DNA from: Candidatus Woesebacteria bacterium GW2011_GWA1_39_21
Lineage (GTDB): Bacteria > Patescibacteriota > Microgenomatia > UBA8517
Reading direction: 5' to 3'
NCBI GenBank assembly: GCA_000993685.1
Contig: LBWP01000002.1
Location: 7,993-71,992, forward strand
DNA: 64,000 nt
Position 1 is the first letter of the stretch, and every line of letters starts with the position of its first letter. The position numbers and the translations under genes were made by a program. The notes under the pieces are model-generated. The model saw nothing but the letters and a program-made list of their open reading frames with translations, did not search any database and was not told where the DNA came from. This document shows positions 10,583 to 19,832 of this stretch, in pieces.

Positions 10583-11291
10583 CAAGTAAGTAGAGAAGAA
10601 GCGAGGCGATAGTTGATAAACCGTACTTAACAGATCTTTTAAAATTAATTGAAGAGGCGTCTGGGAAATAGCGAACCGGGACGGGAATTTCTCCAATTTT
10701 AAACCCGCTTCTAATGGCGGAAACCAAGATTTGCTGATCAAAAACAAAATCATCTGAAAATTTGTGAAACGGTATCTTTTGCAAGACTTCGTATTTAAAT
10801 GCCCTTAAACCAGTGTGATATTCGGACAAATTCTGTCCGAGGATGACGTTTTGTGTAATTGTCAGAAGACGGTTTCCCAAGTACTTATAAAGCGGCATTC
10901 CTCCTTTGAGTGACTCCGCGCGTGTACGTATTCGTGAACCGAGCATGATGTCAAATCGTTTTTTGACAATTGGTTCAATTAGCTCGGGAATTCGCGTTGC
11001 GTCATACTGATAATCCGGGTGGAGCATGACAACAATTTTGGCATTATCGTTCAGAGCGGTGGTGTAGCAGGTTTTTTGGTTGCCTCCGTAACCCCTGTTT
11101 TGTGGATGAACAACAACATCCAAACCTAATTTTTTCGCAACCTTGACTGTTTTATCGTGGCTGCCGTCGTCGACAAGAATAATCCTCTCAACGAGATTTT
11201 TGGGAATATCCTTGTAAGTTTTTACCAAGGTCTTTTCTGCATTATATGCAGGCATAACAACAAAAACACCATTTTTGTTCGGTTTATTCAT
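10539..11291 (-). CDS. GT2 family glycosyltransferase (polyprenyl-phosphate sugar synthase, DPM1/ArnC-like)
   Basis: It has the N-terminal MPAYNAEKTL...ILVDDGSHDKT motif. DxD-type motifs and a C-terminal TM helix are present. Confidence 0.8.
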   Translation of the reverse strand: MNKPNKNGVFVVMPAYNAEKTLVKTYKDIPKNLVERIILVDDGSHDKTVKVAKKLGLDVVVHPQNRGYGGNQKTCYTTALNDNAKIVVMLHPDYQYDATRIPELIEPIVKKRFDIMLGSRIRTRAESLKGGMPLYKYLGNRLLTITQNVILGQNLSEYHTGLRAFKYEVLQKIPFHKFSDDFVFDQQILVSAIRSGFKIGEIPVPVRYFPDASSINFKRSVKYGLSTIASLLLYLLDVSKIYSSKIFYKK

Positions 11292-11382
11292 GAAAATTTT
11301 TTAGAACAAAAAACCCACAACCCTGAATATATTTCAGAATCGTATCATAAACCTTAAGCTCCAAGAAAGTTTGGATAAAGAT

Positions 11383-11658
11383 TTACTGTTGAGGCTGGTT
11401 CTCTCTTGGTTGTTGTGGTCTTGCGTCGCTTACGGAAATTGCTCTTCCGTCAAGTTCCTGACCATTAAGCTTTGCTTTGGCTTCTTCGGCTTCTTTCTCA
11501 GAGCCCATTTCAACGAAACCAAAACCTTTGGATTTTCCAGTGTATTTGTCGACAATTACCTGTGCCGAAACCACTGTTCCAACAGTTGAGAAGAAGTTTT
11601 TCAGAGAGTCATCGCGGGTAGTCCAAGCTAAACCTCCGACGAATAATTTGGTTGCCAT
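11383..11658 (-). CDS. RRM-type RNA-binding protein
   Basis: RNP-2 (KLFVGGLAW) and RNP-1 (KGFGFVEM) motifs are both present. Confidence 0.85.
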   Translation of the reverse strand: MATKLFVGGLAWTTRDDSLKNFFSTVGTVVSAQVIVDKYTGKSKGFGFVEMGSEKEAEEAKAKLNGQELDGRAISVSDARPQQPRENQPQQ

Positions 11659-11850
11659 TAATTAATCACCACCTTTCAGAGTGTTAATTTTCTTACCTAA
11701 GCCGTTACACAGTTTTGTTACACCCAAATTATTTACGGGGTAAAAAAAGTTGTCCAGCTGTCAGTCTTAACATTAACTAACACTAATATTATATGAAAAT
11801 AAACTACAAGAGTGAAGAGGTAAAAGAATAGAGACCCGCACCCTTCGGCG

Positions 11851-12420
11851 TTATTGGTTTATCCTTGCCAAGTAGTCTCCGGTTGTTGTATCAACGGAAA
11901 CCTTGTCACCGGTTTTGATGAAGATTGGTGCTTGAATTTCGATTCCAGTTTCTAGTTTTACTGATTTTTTTGGAGCATTTACACGGTTTCCGGCAATTGC
12001 CTCGTGCGCTTCGGCAACTGTCAGGACAACGTTTGGTGGAATTTCTACACCAATCGCTTTGTCACCGTGCCACAAAACGACACATTTTTGATCTGTGACT
12101 AAAAAGCCGATTTTATTCTCAAGAAGTGTTAGGGGAACACTTACCTGGTCGTAAGTTCTCGGGTTCATAAAGACGGCTTCAGATGTATCGGAATATAAAA
12201 AGTGCATGTCTTTTTTAGCAACATCGGCAACCTCAACGGCTTCGTTTGATTTGTATGTAAATTCACTCGCTGCGCCGGTCGTTGCGTTTTTCATCTTGAC
12301 GCGCATGATTGGAGCACCTTTTCCCGGAGACATGAATTCGGTTTTCGTAACGTAATGCGGTGCTCCTTTATAGATTATAAAGCTCCCTTTGGTGATGTTA
12401 CCTGCGTTAATTGTTGACAT
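11851..12420 (-). CDS. efp: elongation factor P
   Basis: The N-terminus is typical of EF-P (STINAGNITKGSFIIYKGAPHYVTKTEFMSPGKGAPIMRVKMKN). The 189-aa length also fits. Confidence 0.9.
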   Translation of the reverse strand: MSTINAGNITKGSFIIYKGAPHYVTKTEFMSPGKGAPIMRVKMKNATTGAASEFTYKSNEAVEVADVAKKDMHFLYSDTSEAVFMNPRTYDQVSVPLTLLENKIGFLVTDQKCVVLWHGDKAIGVEIPPNVVLTVAEAHEAIAGNRVNAPKKSVKLETGIEIQAPIFIKTGDKVSVDTTTGDYLARINQ

Positions 12421-12552
12421 ATGTTTTTAAGATAAAAAAGTGAAAGGGTAAAAAGGTGAAAACAGAAATTCAATTCTTTACTATTACTCTTTCGCCATTT
12501 TACCTTTTTTCAAAATAAATCGCCCCATTTGAAGCGATACTGTATTGTAGCT

Positions 12553-13611
12553 TTAAGTTTCCTGCAGGTCAAATATTTCTTTAGCTGGAAAAAAGAGTGT
12601 TTCCGAAATTGTGGCGAAATCTCCGGCGAGCATAATTAATCTATCAACACCAACGGCAATTCCGGCCGTTTGAGGTATTCCTGCCGACAAAGCCTTGATT
12701 AACTCTCTGTCGAGAGGGTATGAACTCTTACCGCGCCTTTTGCGCTCCCCGAGATCTTTTTTAAAACGCAATTCCTGCTCGGGGGCGTTGGATAATTCTG
12801 AAAAACAGTTACCAAGCTCAATTCCTGCGAGAAATACCTCAAACCTTTCTGCAAATCGGGGATCCAGTGACTTCTTTTTTGAAAGCGATGCGAGTGGTGT
12901 GGGGTAATCGTAGAGAAAATATGGTTTGTTGTATTTTCTTAAAGCTGGCTCAACCTCGTTAAATAAAATTTGGTTAAATATCGCTTCCCATGTCGTTTCC
13001 TGACTTATTTCATAACCTTTCGATTTGGCCACTTCTGGAAGTTTATTTTTTGAAAGCATCGTGTCCGTGTCTATTTCTGCAAACCTTTCAAAGGCATCTG
13101 CAACTGAAAATTTCATCCATGGAGGCGTTAAGTCATAGCTTTTTTTCTGGTAAATCCAATTTGATAAATTTGCTTTGGGATCGGTTTGGGTGATAATTTT
13201 TGAGAAAAGTTTCTCGAAATCGTTCATAATATCCGTATAATCGGCGTTAGTTCTATACCACTCAAGCATTGTAAACTCCGGGTTGTGAAGCCTTGAGACC
13301 TCCTCTTCGTTTCGGAAACATTTTGTAATTTCAAAACAATTACCAATTCCTGCTGCGAGCAGTTTTTTTATTGAATACTCAGGGCTCATGATGAGATATG
13401 CATCTTTTTTCGTTCCCCTGAAAGTTTTCAAGTTTGTTTTAAACACCTCGAGATTCGGCTCACAAGAAGGGGTGGACACAAGAATCGGGGTAGATACTTC
13501 GTGGAAGCCTATTTCTTTGAAGAAATTTCGGACTGTGTCAACCACTTTTTCTCGAACGAGATATTTAGCCAGTTGGTCGGGTTTGTTTTTGATTTTCTCC
13601 CAGGTTTGCAT
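12553..13611 (-). CDS. epmA: EF-P lysine ligase (class II LysRS paralog lacking anticodon-binding domain)
   Basis: Class II aaRS motifs 2 and 3 are present (FEVFLAGIELGNCFSE; GIAVGVDRLIMLAG). No N-terminal OB domain is present. The gene lies adjacent to efp. Confidence 0.8.
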   Translation of the reverse strand: MQTWEKIKNKPDQLAKYLVREKVVDTVRNFFKEIGFHEVSTPILVSTPSCEPNLEVFKTNLKTFRGTKKDAYLIMSPEYSIKKLLAAGIGNCFEITKCFRNEEEVSRLHNPEFTMLEWYRTNADYTDIMNDFEKLFSKIITQTDPKANLSNWIYQKKSYDLTPPWMKFSVADAFERFAEIDTDTMLSKNKLPEVAKSKGYEISQETTWEAIFNQILFNEVEPALRKYNKPYFLYDYPTPLASLSKKKSLDPRFAERFEVFLAGIELGNCFSELSNAPEQELRFKKDLGERKRRGKSSYPLDRELIKALSAGIPQTAGIAVGVDRLIMLAGDFATISETLFFPAKEIFDLQET

Positions 13612-13656
13612 CTGGATGATATTATATTTCTAAAACGGCTTTATTGCCACCTTGCT

Positions 13657-13750
13657 TAAAACCACGGCATTTATGCCGTGAATGAGCAAATTTTCGCGAT
13701 GAACGAAGTTAACCGCAGGCGACAAAATACCACGGGCTTTAGCCCGTGGA
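13657..13750. repeat. dispersed hairpin-repeat element (AAAACC-hairpin-ATGA ... aatacca-hairpin)
   Basis: Sequence aaaaccacggcatttatgccgtgaatga is followed by cgacaaaataccacgggctttagcccgtgg. It is near-identical in architecture and partly in sequence to 49537-49618. Confidence 0.6.
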
Positions 13751-13767
13751 AATTTATTATGTGGTTT

Positions 13768-14538
13768 TTACCGCTTTCGCCTGATGAAGTTGCTTACTAC
13801 AAAAAGTGAGGCAGACGTAAGAACAACGGCAGGTCCTGACGCAATTCCTACAATTTTTGATATGGTGACGCCGATGACCATCGATGTTGCTCCAATTACG
13901 GCTGCGTAAAATTGAAACCCTTTAATATTTTTTGCGATGTTCTTGGCTGCCACTGCAGGAATGATTACAAGCGATCCTGTTAAAAGGGTACCGACGAATT
14001 TCACGCCGATAGCAACCACCAATCCGACTGCGAGTAGATAAAGAAGATTAATCTTAGAGACGTTGATTTTCTTTGATCTGGCCAATTCTTCTGAAATTAC
14101 CCCAAGAAGAAGTTCACTAGATATTTTTTTAATGACAACATAAATTGAGAGAGAGGTTGCAATTATGACCACACCATCAAGAAAGGAGATTTTTTCGAAA
14201 TTACCAAAAAGCGCCTCCAGAAGTTCGGGTTCCGGTGTAATTAAAATTCCGATTGCGAGGCTTGCAGTGAAAAAAATTCCAACCAAGGCCTCGGAATAAA
14301 TTTCAGTTTTTTCGCCTAAATACCAAACTCCAAGAATGGCGGCGCTTAAGGCAATAAATGCACCAAGCATGGGATTAATTCCAAGCATCAGTGCGATTGC
14401 CAAACCAGGAAGAGCAACGTGCGACAAAGCATCGCCAACGAGCGACATCCGCTTGATCACCATAAACGAACCCAAAAATCCCGAAGCGGCTCCGACGAGG
14501 GCTCCGACAGCTAGTGTAAATAAAAGGTTATTTTCCAT
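13768..14538 (-). CDS. znuB: metal (Zn/Mn) ABC transporter permease
   Basis: An ABC-3 family polytopic permease. It overlaps the start of the ATPase gene. Confidence 0.8.
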   Translation of the reverse strand: MENNLLFTLAVGALVGAASGFLGSFMVIKRMSLVGDALSHVALPGLAIALMLGINPMLGAFIALSAAILGVWYLGEKTEIYSEALVGIFFTASLAIGILITPEPELLEALFGNFEKISFLDGVVIIATSLSIYVVIKKISSELLLGVISEELARSKKINVSKINLLYLLAVGLVVAIGVKFVGTLLTGSLVIIPAVAAKNIAKNIKGFQFYAAVIGATSMVIGVTISKIVGIASGPAVVLTSASLFVVSNFIRRKR

Positions 14539-14540
14539 AT

Positions 14541-15281
14541 CTACTCATGTTTATGGTTGTGATTATGGTGTTGATAAAAACGAACATCTTCACCGTATAA
14601 TTTATTGATGCTTCGTTTGTCGATAGCAATGTGGGGTGGTCCCCAACAGACCATTTCTTTATTTAAACACAAAACGTTCGCTGCATACCGATAGACAATT
14701 TCAAGCTCGTGCGAGATAAAAATAATTGTCAAGTCTTTTTCCTTCTTTAGCCTGTCAATTAACACATAGACCGTTTCCTCGCTTGAGACATCAACCCCAC
14801 TTGTTGGCTCGTCAAAAAGTAGAACATTTGGATTACCAAGTAGTGCGAACGCAATTAGAACCCTCTGAAATTCACCCCCGGAGAGAACTCCTAACCTAAC
14901 TTTTAGTAGCCGTTTGCCTTTGTGAATCAGATGTTCGTCTTTAGTCTCAAACCCAACTTGAGAAAGTACAGATTCGATTTTGACTTGGTCTTTTTCTTTA
15001 AACTTAAGAAATTCCTCTACTGTTAGGGGGATGTCTTTACTGACAGTGAGTCGTTGTGGGACGTATCCAATTCTCGTGTCGTCTGCCCAGCTGACGGTGC
15101 CTTTGTATGGTAAGAGATTTAAAAGGCATTTAAATAAAACAGTTTTTCCGGCGCCATTGGGGCCAATAATTGCCAAGGTGTCGTCTCTTTTAACCTCGAA
15201 TGAAAGGTTGTCCAATATTTTATGGTTATTAAACTCTACCACAAGGTTTGATACCGTTAAGATATTATTTTCCATACGCAA
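14541..15281 (-). CDS. znuC: metal ABC transporter ATP-binding protein
   Basis: Walker A is GPNGAGKT. The ABC signature is LSGGEFQRV. Walker B is LLFDEPTSG. The C-terminal tail is His-rich (HHNHNHKHE). Confidence 0.85.
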   Translation of the reverse strand: MRMENNILTVSNLVVEFNNHKILDNLSFEVKRDDTLAIIGPNGAGKTVLFKCLLNLLPYKGTVSWADDTRIGYVPQRLTVSKDIPLTVEEFLKFKEKDQVKIESVLSQVGFETKDEHLIHKGKRLLKVRLGVLSGGEFQRVLIAFALLGNPNVLLFDEPTSGVDVSSEETVYVLIDRLKKEKDLTIIFISHELEIVYRYAANVLCLNKEMVCWGPPHIAIDKRSINKLYGEDVRFYQHHNHNHKHE

Positions 15282-15282
15282 A

Positions 15283-15711
15283 TCATTGGCAGTTTGGACA
15301 CAAGCCGAAAAATTCTAACGAATGATTTTTTACTTCGAAATTTGATTTACGTTTGACCTGGGCCAGTAATAGTTTCTCGTTTAGCGGTACATCCTCAACC
15401 GAACCGCAGTTGTTGCAAATAAGATGGTGGTGATGATCCGGACTGGCGAGCTCGTATTGGGCAGTGACACCATTAAAATGTGTTTTGTTGATAAGATTTA
15501 ACTGGGAAAAATACTCCAACGTTCGGTAGATCGTTGTTTTATCAACGGTTTCTTCTTTCTTCTCCAGTACGTCTTTTATTTCAGCTACACTTTGTGGATG
15601 CAGGTCGAGAGCTTCGAAGATGGAACATCTTTGTTTGGTTAGACGGTGTCCGTTTTGGGAAAGTAATTTTTTATTCATAATGTTAAATAGATTGTTGCAA
15701 ACCAGTTGCAA
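15283..15711 (-). CDS. zur: Fur-family metalloregulator (probable Zur)
   Basis: The Fur-fold HTH is present. Metal sites HHHHLICNNCG and CPNCQ are present. It is the first gene of the znuCB operon. The true start may be the internal MNKKLL (15678). Confidence 0.7.
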   Translation of the reverse strand: MQLVCNNLFNIMNKKLLSQNGHRLTKQRCSIFEALDLHPQSVAEIKDVLEKKEETVDKTTIYRTLEYFSQLNLINKTHFNGVTAQYELASPDHHHHLICNNCGSVEDVPLNEKLLLAQVKRKSNFEVKNHSLEFFGLCPNCQ

Positions 15712-15772
15712 TAAGTCAATGTGTAACCTGTCAATAGATTATAAGCAGATGAGTGGGAATTGGTATCCAAAG

Positions 15773-18091
15773 TTACTCATGTGGCGGTTTAATATTACAT
15801 CCGGTTACGACACCATCCTCCTGTAAAAACCACTCTGTAAATTTATTAACAACCACTTCTTCACTATCGGGTTTTTTATATAAAAAACAGATTATGGTTT
15901 TTTTAAGTCCATTAGGAACCTCCCAGGAGTGATTTGTTGTATTTTCCAGTAGCTTGGTCATAATTCTGTTAAAAATTGGAGTAGCTCCAGTGACACCTGA
16001 GGCTACTCGAGCCATTGGGGAATTGTCGTTGTTTCCTACCCACACCGCGACTAGATAATTCTGGTTATAGCCAATGGTTAAATTGTCGCGCAGGTTATTG
16101 CTAGTTCCCGTCTTGACGGCAACTTCTTTATGAGCCGGAATGTTTAAGAGCGAGTTTTGCCCGAATGCGGGAGTGCGCGCCTTGTTATCTTTCAAAATGT
16201 CGGTAAGTATAAAAGCGACGCGTGGGTCGATAATCTGTTTGACGGACGCGGTGACTTTTTTCTCGACAACATTGTTTTGATTGTCGGTAATTTTTTCAAT
16301 TGGGTTGAAGTCAACTTTGTTACCGTAATTGGCAACCACCGAATAAACTTGGGCGAGGTCAATGAGTTTAATGTCACCTCCACCAAGAGTTAGTGAAAGT
16401 CCATAGTTCTTTGGGTTGGTCCAGGTTGTAATTCCCATCTCACGTCCCAGATCGATCATTTTGTCAACACCATAGCTGGCAAGCACTTTAACTGCGGGAA
16501 TGTTTCTTGATTGTGCAAAAGCGGATCTTAATGTTAAGTTTCCTTTAAATATTCCATCGTAGTTTTTTGGCGAGTAGGGTGGAGAGCCCTTGAAAGAAAA
16601 GGTGATTGGCGCATCGTTGATGGTTGTTGATGCTTGGTATCCGTGGCCGAGGGCATATGCGTAGTTAATTATTTTAATTGACGAACCAGGCTGCTGGAGT
16701 GATGTCACAATGTTTACCTGCCCGTCTTCATCGGAGTTGAAAAAATCTTTTGATCCTGCCATGGCCAAGATGTCTCCATTTTTTGGGTTGGCAACAATTA
16801 CGGCAGCGTTTGTGACGTGGTAGTTTGTCAGCTTTTTTAACTCCAGATTAATTTCAGAATCGACCATCGCCTGGATATTAAGATCGAGCGTAGTTGTTAT
16901 CTCTAAACCCCCCGCTTCAAGCACTTTATTACCATACTTCTTTTCCAGGAGGTCTCGAACAAATATTACGAAATGCGGAGCCAAAATTGGATTTTGTGGT
17001 TTAAAAAAAATCAGTTTCTCACTGTAGGCTTTTTGATAATCACCTTGGCTGATATATGAATTTTCAAGCATCGACCTTAAAATTTCTTTTTGTCTGTTTA
17101 GTAAATTTGTTGGGTTGTCGGTGTAGGGTGAAAGCTTGGTCGGGCTTTTTGGGAGAGCTGAAAGAAGTGACGCCTCGGTTAGGGTAAGATCTGTTGCGTT
17201 TTTGTTAAAATATCTTTGTGCCGCCTCCTGGATTCCATACTCGGTTCCGCCGTATGGAATTTGGTTAAGATACATTTGCAGAATTTCATTTTTTGAATAT
17301 ATTGATTCAACTTGTATAGCCAGAACAACCTCCTTGAGTTTCCGAACGATACTTTTTTCGGGTGTAAGGAGTGTGTTTTTTACCAGCTGTTGTGTAATTG
17401 TTGAACCCCCCTCCATTTTATTTTCTCTAATGTCTTTAACAAGTGCCCTCACAATTCCTTTTATTGAAATACCGTAGTGTTGGTAGAACTCGTTGTCTTC
17501 TGCTGCGAGAGTTGATAGGATAACTATTTTTGGAAGGCTTTCGAGTTTTACTGGGGTTCTGTTTTCGTCTTTGTAGATTTTATAAAGAAGAACGCCATTT
17601 CTGTCATATATTTTGGACGTTACCCTGAAATTGTATGAAGAAAGTTGACGGGGGGAAGGCAGGTCTTTAAAAATAAAATGCCAGCCTGGTAATCCAATAA
17701 GAAGTGTCATCACAAACGCAAAGGTAAACGTTTCTGCAAGACTTTTTACAACCGTCGTAACTGGAAAATCAATCTGACGTGTATGTCTACTAATTTTTTT
17801 TAGAAAACGAAGCAGGCTTTTTACCAGTTGTTTTGAGACAATTACTAGGAGATTGAAAAGAGTTGAGACGATAAAAAATATTATCTTAAAAATCACGGAA
17901 ACAACTCCTTTTTCCGTAAACACACTTTCCGTCACCATTACAATCATCGTGAGAAGAACAACGATCGCAAGAAGAAAAAAGTAAAAAGGTCTCCCAACCA
18001 AAAAGACCAAGTCTCGGGAAAAATTGAGACTTGCTTTTGCTAATTTTGAAAAACGGTTTCCATTTGTTTTGGCAGGTTTAGGGACACCCAC
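15773..18091 (-). CDS. class A penicillin-binding protein (transglycosylase/transpeptidase)
   Basis: An N-terminal TM anchor is present. GT51 motifs (EDNEFYQHYGIS; GGSTITQQLVKN) are present. Transpeptidase motifs (SxxK region SSIKII; KTGT) are present. Confidence 0.85.
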   Translation of the reverse strand: MGVPKPAKTNGNRFSKLAKASLNFSRDLVFLVGRPFYFFLLAIVVLLTMIVMVTESVFTEKGVVSVIFKIIFFIVSTLFNLLVIVSKQLVKSLLRFLKKISRHTRQIDFPVTTVVKSLAETFTFAFVMTLLIGLPGWHFIFKDLPSPRQLSSYNFRVTSKIYDRNGVLLYKIYKDENRTPVKLESLPKIVILSTLAAEDNEFYQHYGISIKGIVRALVKDIRENKMEGGSTITQQLVKNTLLTPEKSIVRKLKEVVLAIQVESIYSKNEILQMYLNQIPYGGTEYGIQEAAQRYFNKNATDLTLTEASLLSALPKSPTKLSPYTDNPTNLLNRQKEILRSMLENSYISQGDYQKAYSEKLIFFKPQNPILAPHFVIFVRDLLEKKYGNKVLEAGGLEITTTLDLNIQAMVDSEINLELKKLTNYHVTNAAVIVANPKNGDILAMAGSKDFFNSDEDGQVNIVTSLQQPGSSIKIINYAYALGHGYQASTTINDAPITFSFKGSPPYSPKNYDGIFKGNLTLRSAFAQSRNIPAVKVLASYGVDKMIDLGREMGITTWTNPKNYGLSLTLGGGDIKLIDLAQVYSVVANYGNKVDFNPIEKITDNQNNVVEKKVTASVKQIIDPRVAFILTDILKDNKARTPAFGQNSLLNIPAHKEVAVKTGTSNNLRDNLTIGYNQNYLVAVWVGNNDNSPMARVASGVTGATPIFNRIMTKLLENTTNHSWEVPNGLKKTIICFLYKKPDSEEVVVNKFTEWFLQEDGVVTGCNIKPPHE

Positions 18092-18300
18092 GTTAAAAAA
18101 AATTTTATAACTTATAGAATTAGAAAATAAATAGGATTAAGTCGGTACAAATGATACATAGTAAGTCAATTTTAAAAATTATCTAAATAACGCAGTCTCT
18201 GATATTTTAATTTAAATACTAGCAAGGGTTTGTCCAACACTAAAAAACGGTTGTCATGTGTTGTCATGGGTGTAGACCTCTTAGAAAGTAGGGTATGTAT

Positions 18301-18621
18301 TTAATTGTTGTTGGAAGAAGTGGGTGACTTTGTGGGAATCAGAAGCTGTTTTGGTTGAACCGACTCTCTGTATTTTTGTGTGTTGCGCTGCGAAATAATT
18401 AGTCCGGCAGCGGCGGTTACTAAAAACAGAATCAGCAAAATAACCGTTAATTTTTTGTTGGGTTGGTAGACAACCGGTTTTACGGTGTCTTGGATTTGTT
18501 TACTGTTGGGGTCAACGTAGTTTGCATCTGTAACCACGGGCGCATTTGGCTGGCTATTAATTAGTTGATTTTGGTCTGCTTGAGATTTGTTTTCCATTAC
18601 GCTATTGTAGCACTGCCTCAT
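18301..18621 (-). CDS. small single-pass membrane protein
   Basis: A central TM helix is predicted (LTVILLILFLVTAAAGLII). Its start overlaps the stop of the upstream gene, which suggests an operon. Confidence 0.35.
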   Translation of the reverse strand: MRQCYNSVMENKSQADQNQLINSQPNAPVVTDANYVDPNSKQIQDTVKPVVYQPNKKLTVILLILFLVTAAAGLIISQRNTQKYRESVQPKQLLIPTKSPTSSNNN

Positions 18622-19739
18622 TCGGTAAAGTTAAATGTGGAGAGGATTGGATCGACAGTTTCTATATGAGATGGACTACTTCCATCTGTAATTTCAGCAA
18701 ACAAATTGGGATTATTATTGGATTGAACTAGATAATAACCATTAAATCCCTCGGTTTCGTATGAGAAGATGTAGGAGTTATAAACGTTAATTTTAGTCTT
18801 CGTTAATTCTCGGATAACATTAACCCTATTTGACCCCACCAACCTCTGGTATAAATTTTGGACATATTCTTTAAAGGAGTTATTAGGCTGAACATTTTTT
18901 GGTTCTTCAATTCTTACTGCCAACATATTGTAGGGACTGGTTTCTAAATTAATAAGGATAGCCCCTTGATCCTTATGGACAGTCGCACCATTGGGATATT
19001 TAAATGAATAGTTCTGGTCAGAATATGTTTGCCAATCTGAAGTATCAATAGGTATTTTAGTTGGAGTAGGTTCTTCGGTGAAGTTAAAAGTAGAGAGGAT
19101 TTGGTTTCTAAGATCTTTGTATTTTGTTACGTTTGCCTCGTTGTCCAGATTACATTTTGATTGCTGATCTACTGTTATATTAGAACAACCCGCCGACGTG
19201 TGTGAAAAGTATAGATACAAATCGTTCGGTTTAAGGTTCCTTACTGGGATGTAATCAATTATTTTATATGCGGATTCAACCTCAAACTGCTTATGGGTGT
19301 TTAATTGAAAAGTTTTATTATCTATGTTTACGGATTCCTGGCTTATAATCTCGGTTCCATCGCTTATAATGTCCTGGGCAAAGGTTCTTTCGTATGGTTG
19401 GGTACTGATATAAAAAATCATGGGTGATGAACCTCCGGGATCACCACCATCGAAATATTCACCTAACTGAAATATTATATCCTTTGAATTAACAGATTGA
19501 CTTTCCCAGTCGGAAGGATACATAAATTCAAAACCCCACTTATCATTTTTATACGTTTTCCAGTTATCGGTAGTATTTTCTGTCGCGTTGGGTTTGGTTT
19601 TTACTATTTCCTTGGAATACTGTTTGAGCATTCTATTTTGATAAACAAGAAGAGTTACGTACATCCATACTAAGGTAATTAACGTGGCGAGGGTATATGT
19701 GAGGACATTTTGCAGAAAGCGCAGTTTATTGAAGCGCAT
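18618..19739 (-). CDS. membrane-anchored secreted protein with internally duplicated domain
   Basis: An N-terminal TM helix is present. Two homologous modules each end in ILSTFNFTE. The duplication is also visible in DNA at ~18630 and ~19075. Confidence 0.45.
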   Translation of the reverse strand: MRFNKLRFLQNVLTYTLATLITLVWMYVTLLVYQNRMLKQYSKEIVKTKPNATENTTDNWKTYKNDKWGFEFMYPSDWESQSVNSKDIIFQLGEYFDGGDPGGSSPMIFYISTQPYERTFAQDIISDGTEIISQESVNIDNKTFQLNTHKQFEVESAYKIIDYIPVRNLKPNDLYLYFSHTSAGCSNITVDQQSKCNLDNEANVTKYKDLRNQILSTFNFTEEPTPTKIPIDTSDWQTYSDQNYSFKYPNGATVHKDQGAILINLETSPYNMLAVRIEEPKNVQPNNSFKEYVQNLYQRLVGSNRVNVIRELTKTKINVYNSYIFSYETEGFNGYYLVQSNNNPNLFAEITDGSSPSHIETVDPILSTFNFTE

Positions 19740-19832
19740 AGTAACTAATTATATCGCAAAAATTTAAAACTCAAAAATAACATTGAATTTAAAGAGAAAT
19801 TCTAGGTCGACAAAGATAAGAAGCTGTTGTGT

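Noticed and set aside
15712-15772. Zur box upstream of zur (two self-complementary TTGCAA hexamers, attgttgcaaaccagttgcaataag)
   Set aside because: The arrangement is a direct rather than inverted repeat and does not match known Zur/Fur box consensus. It is noted only.
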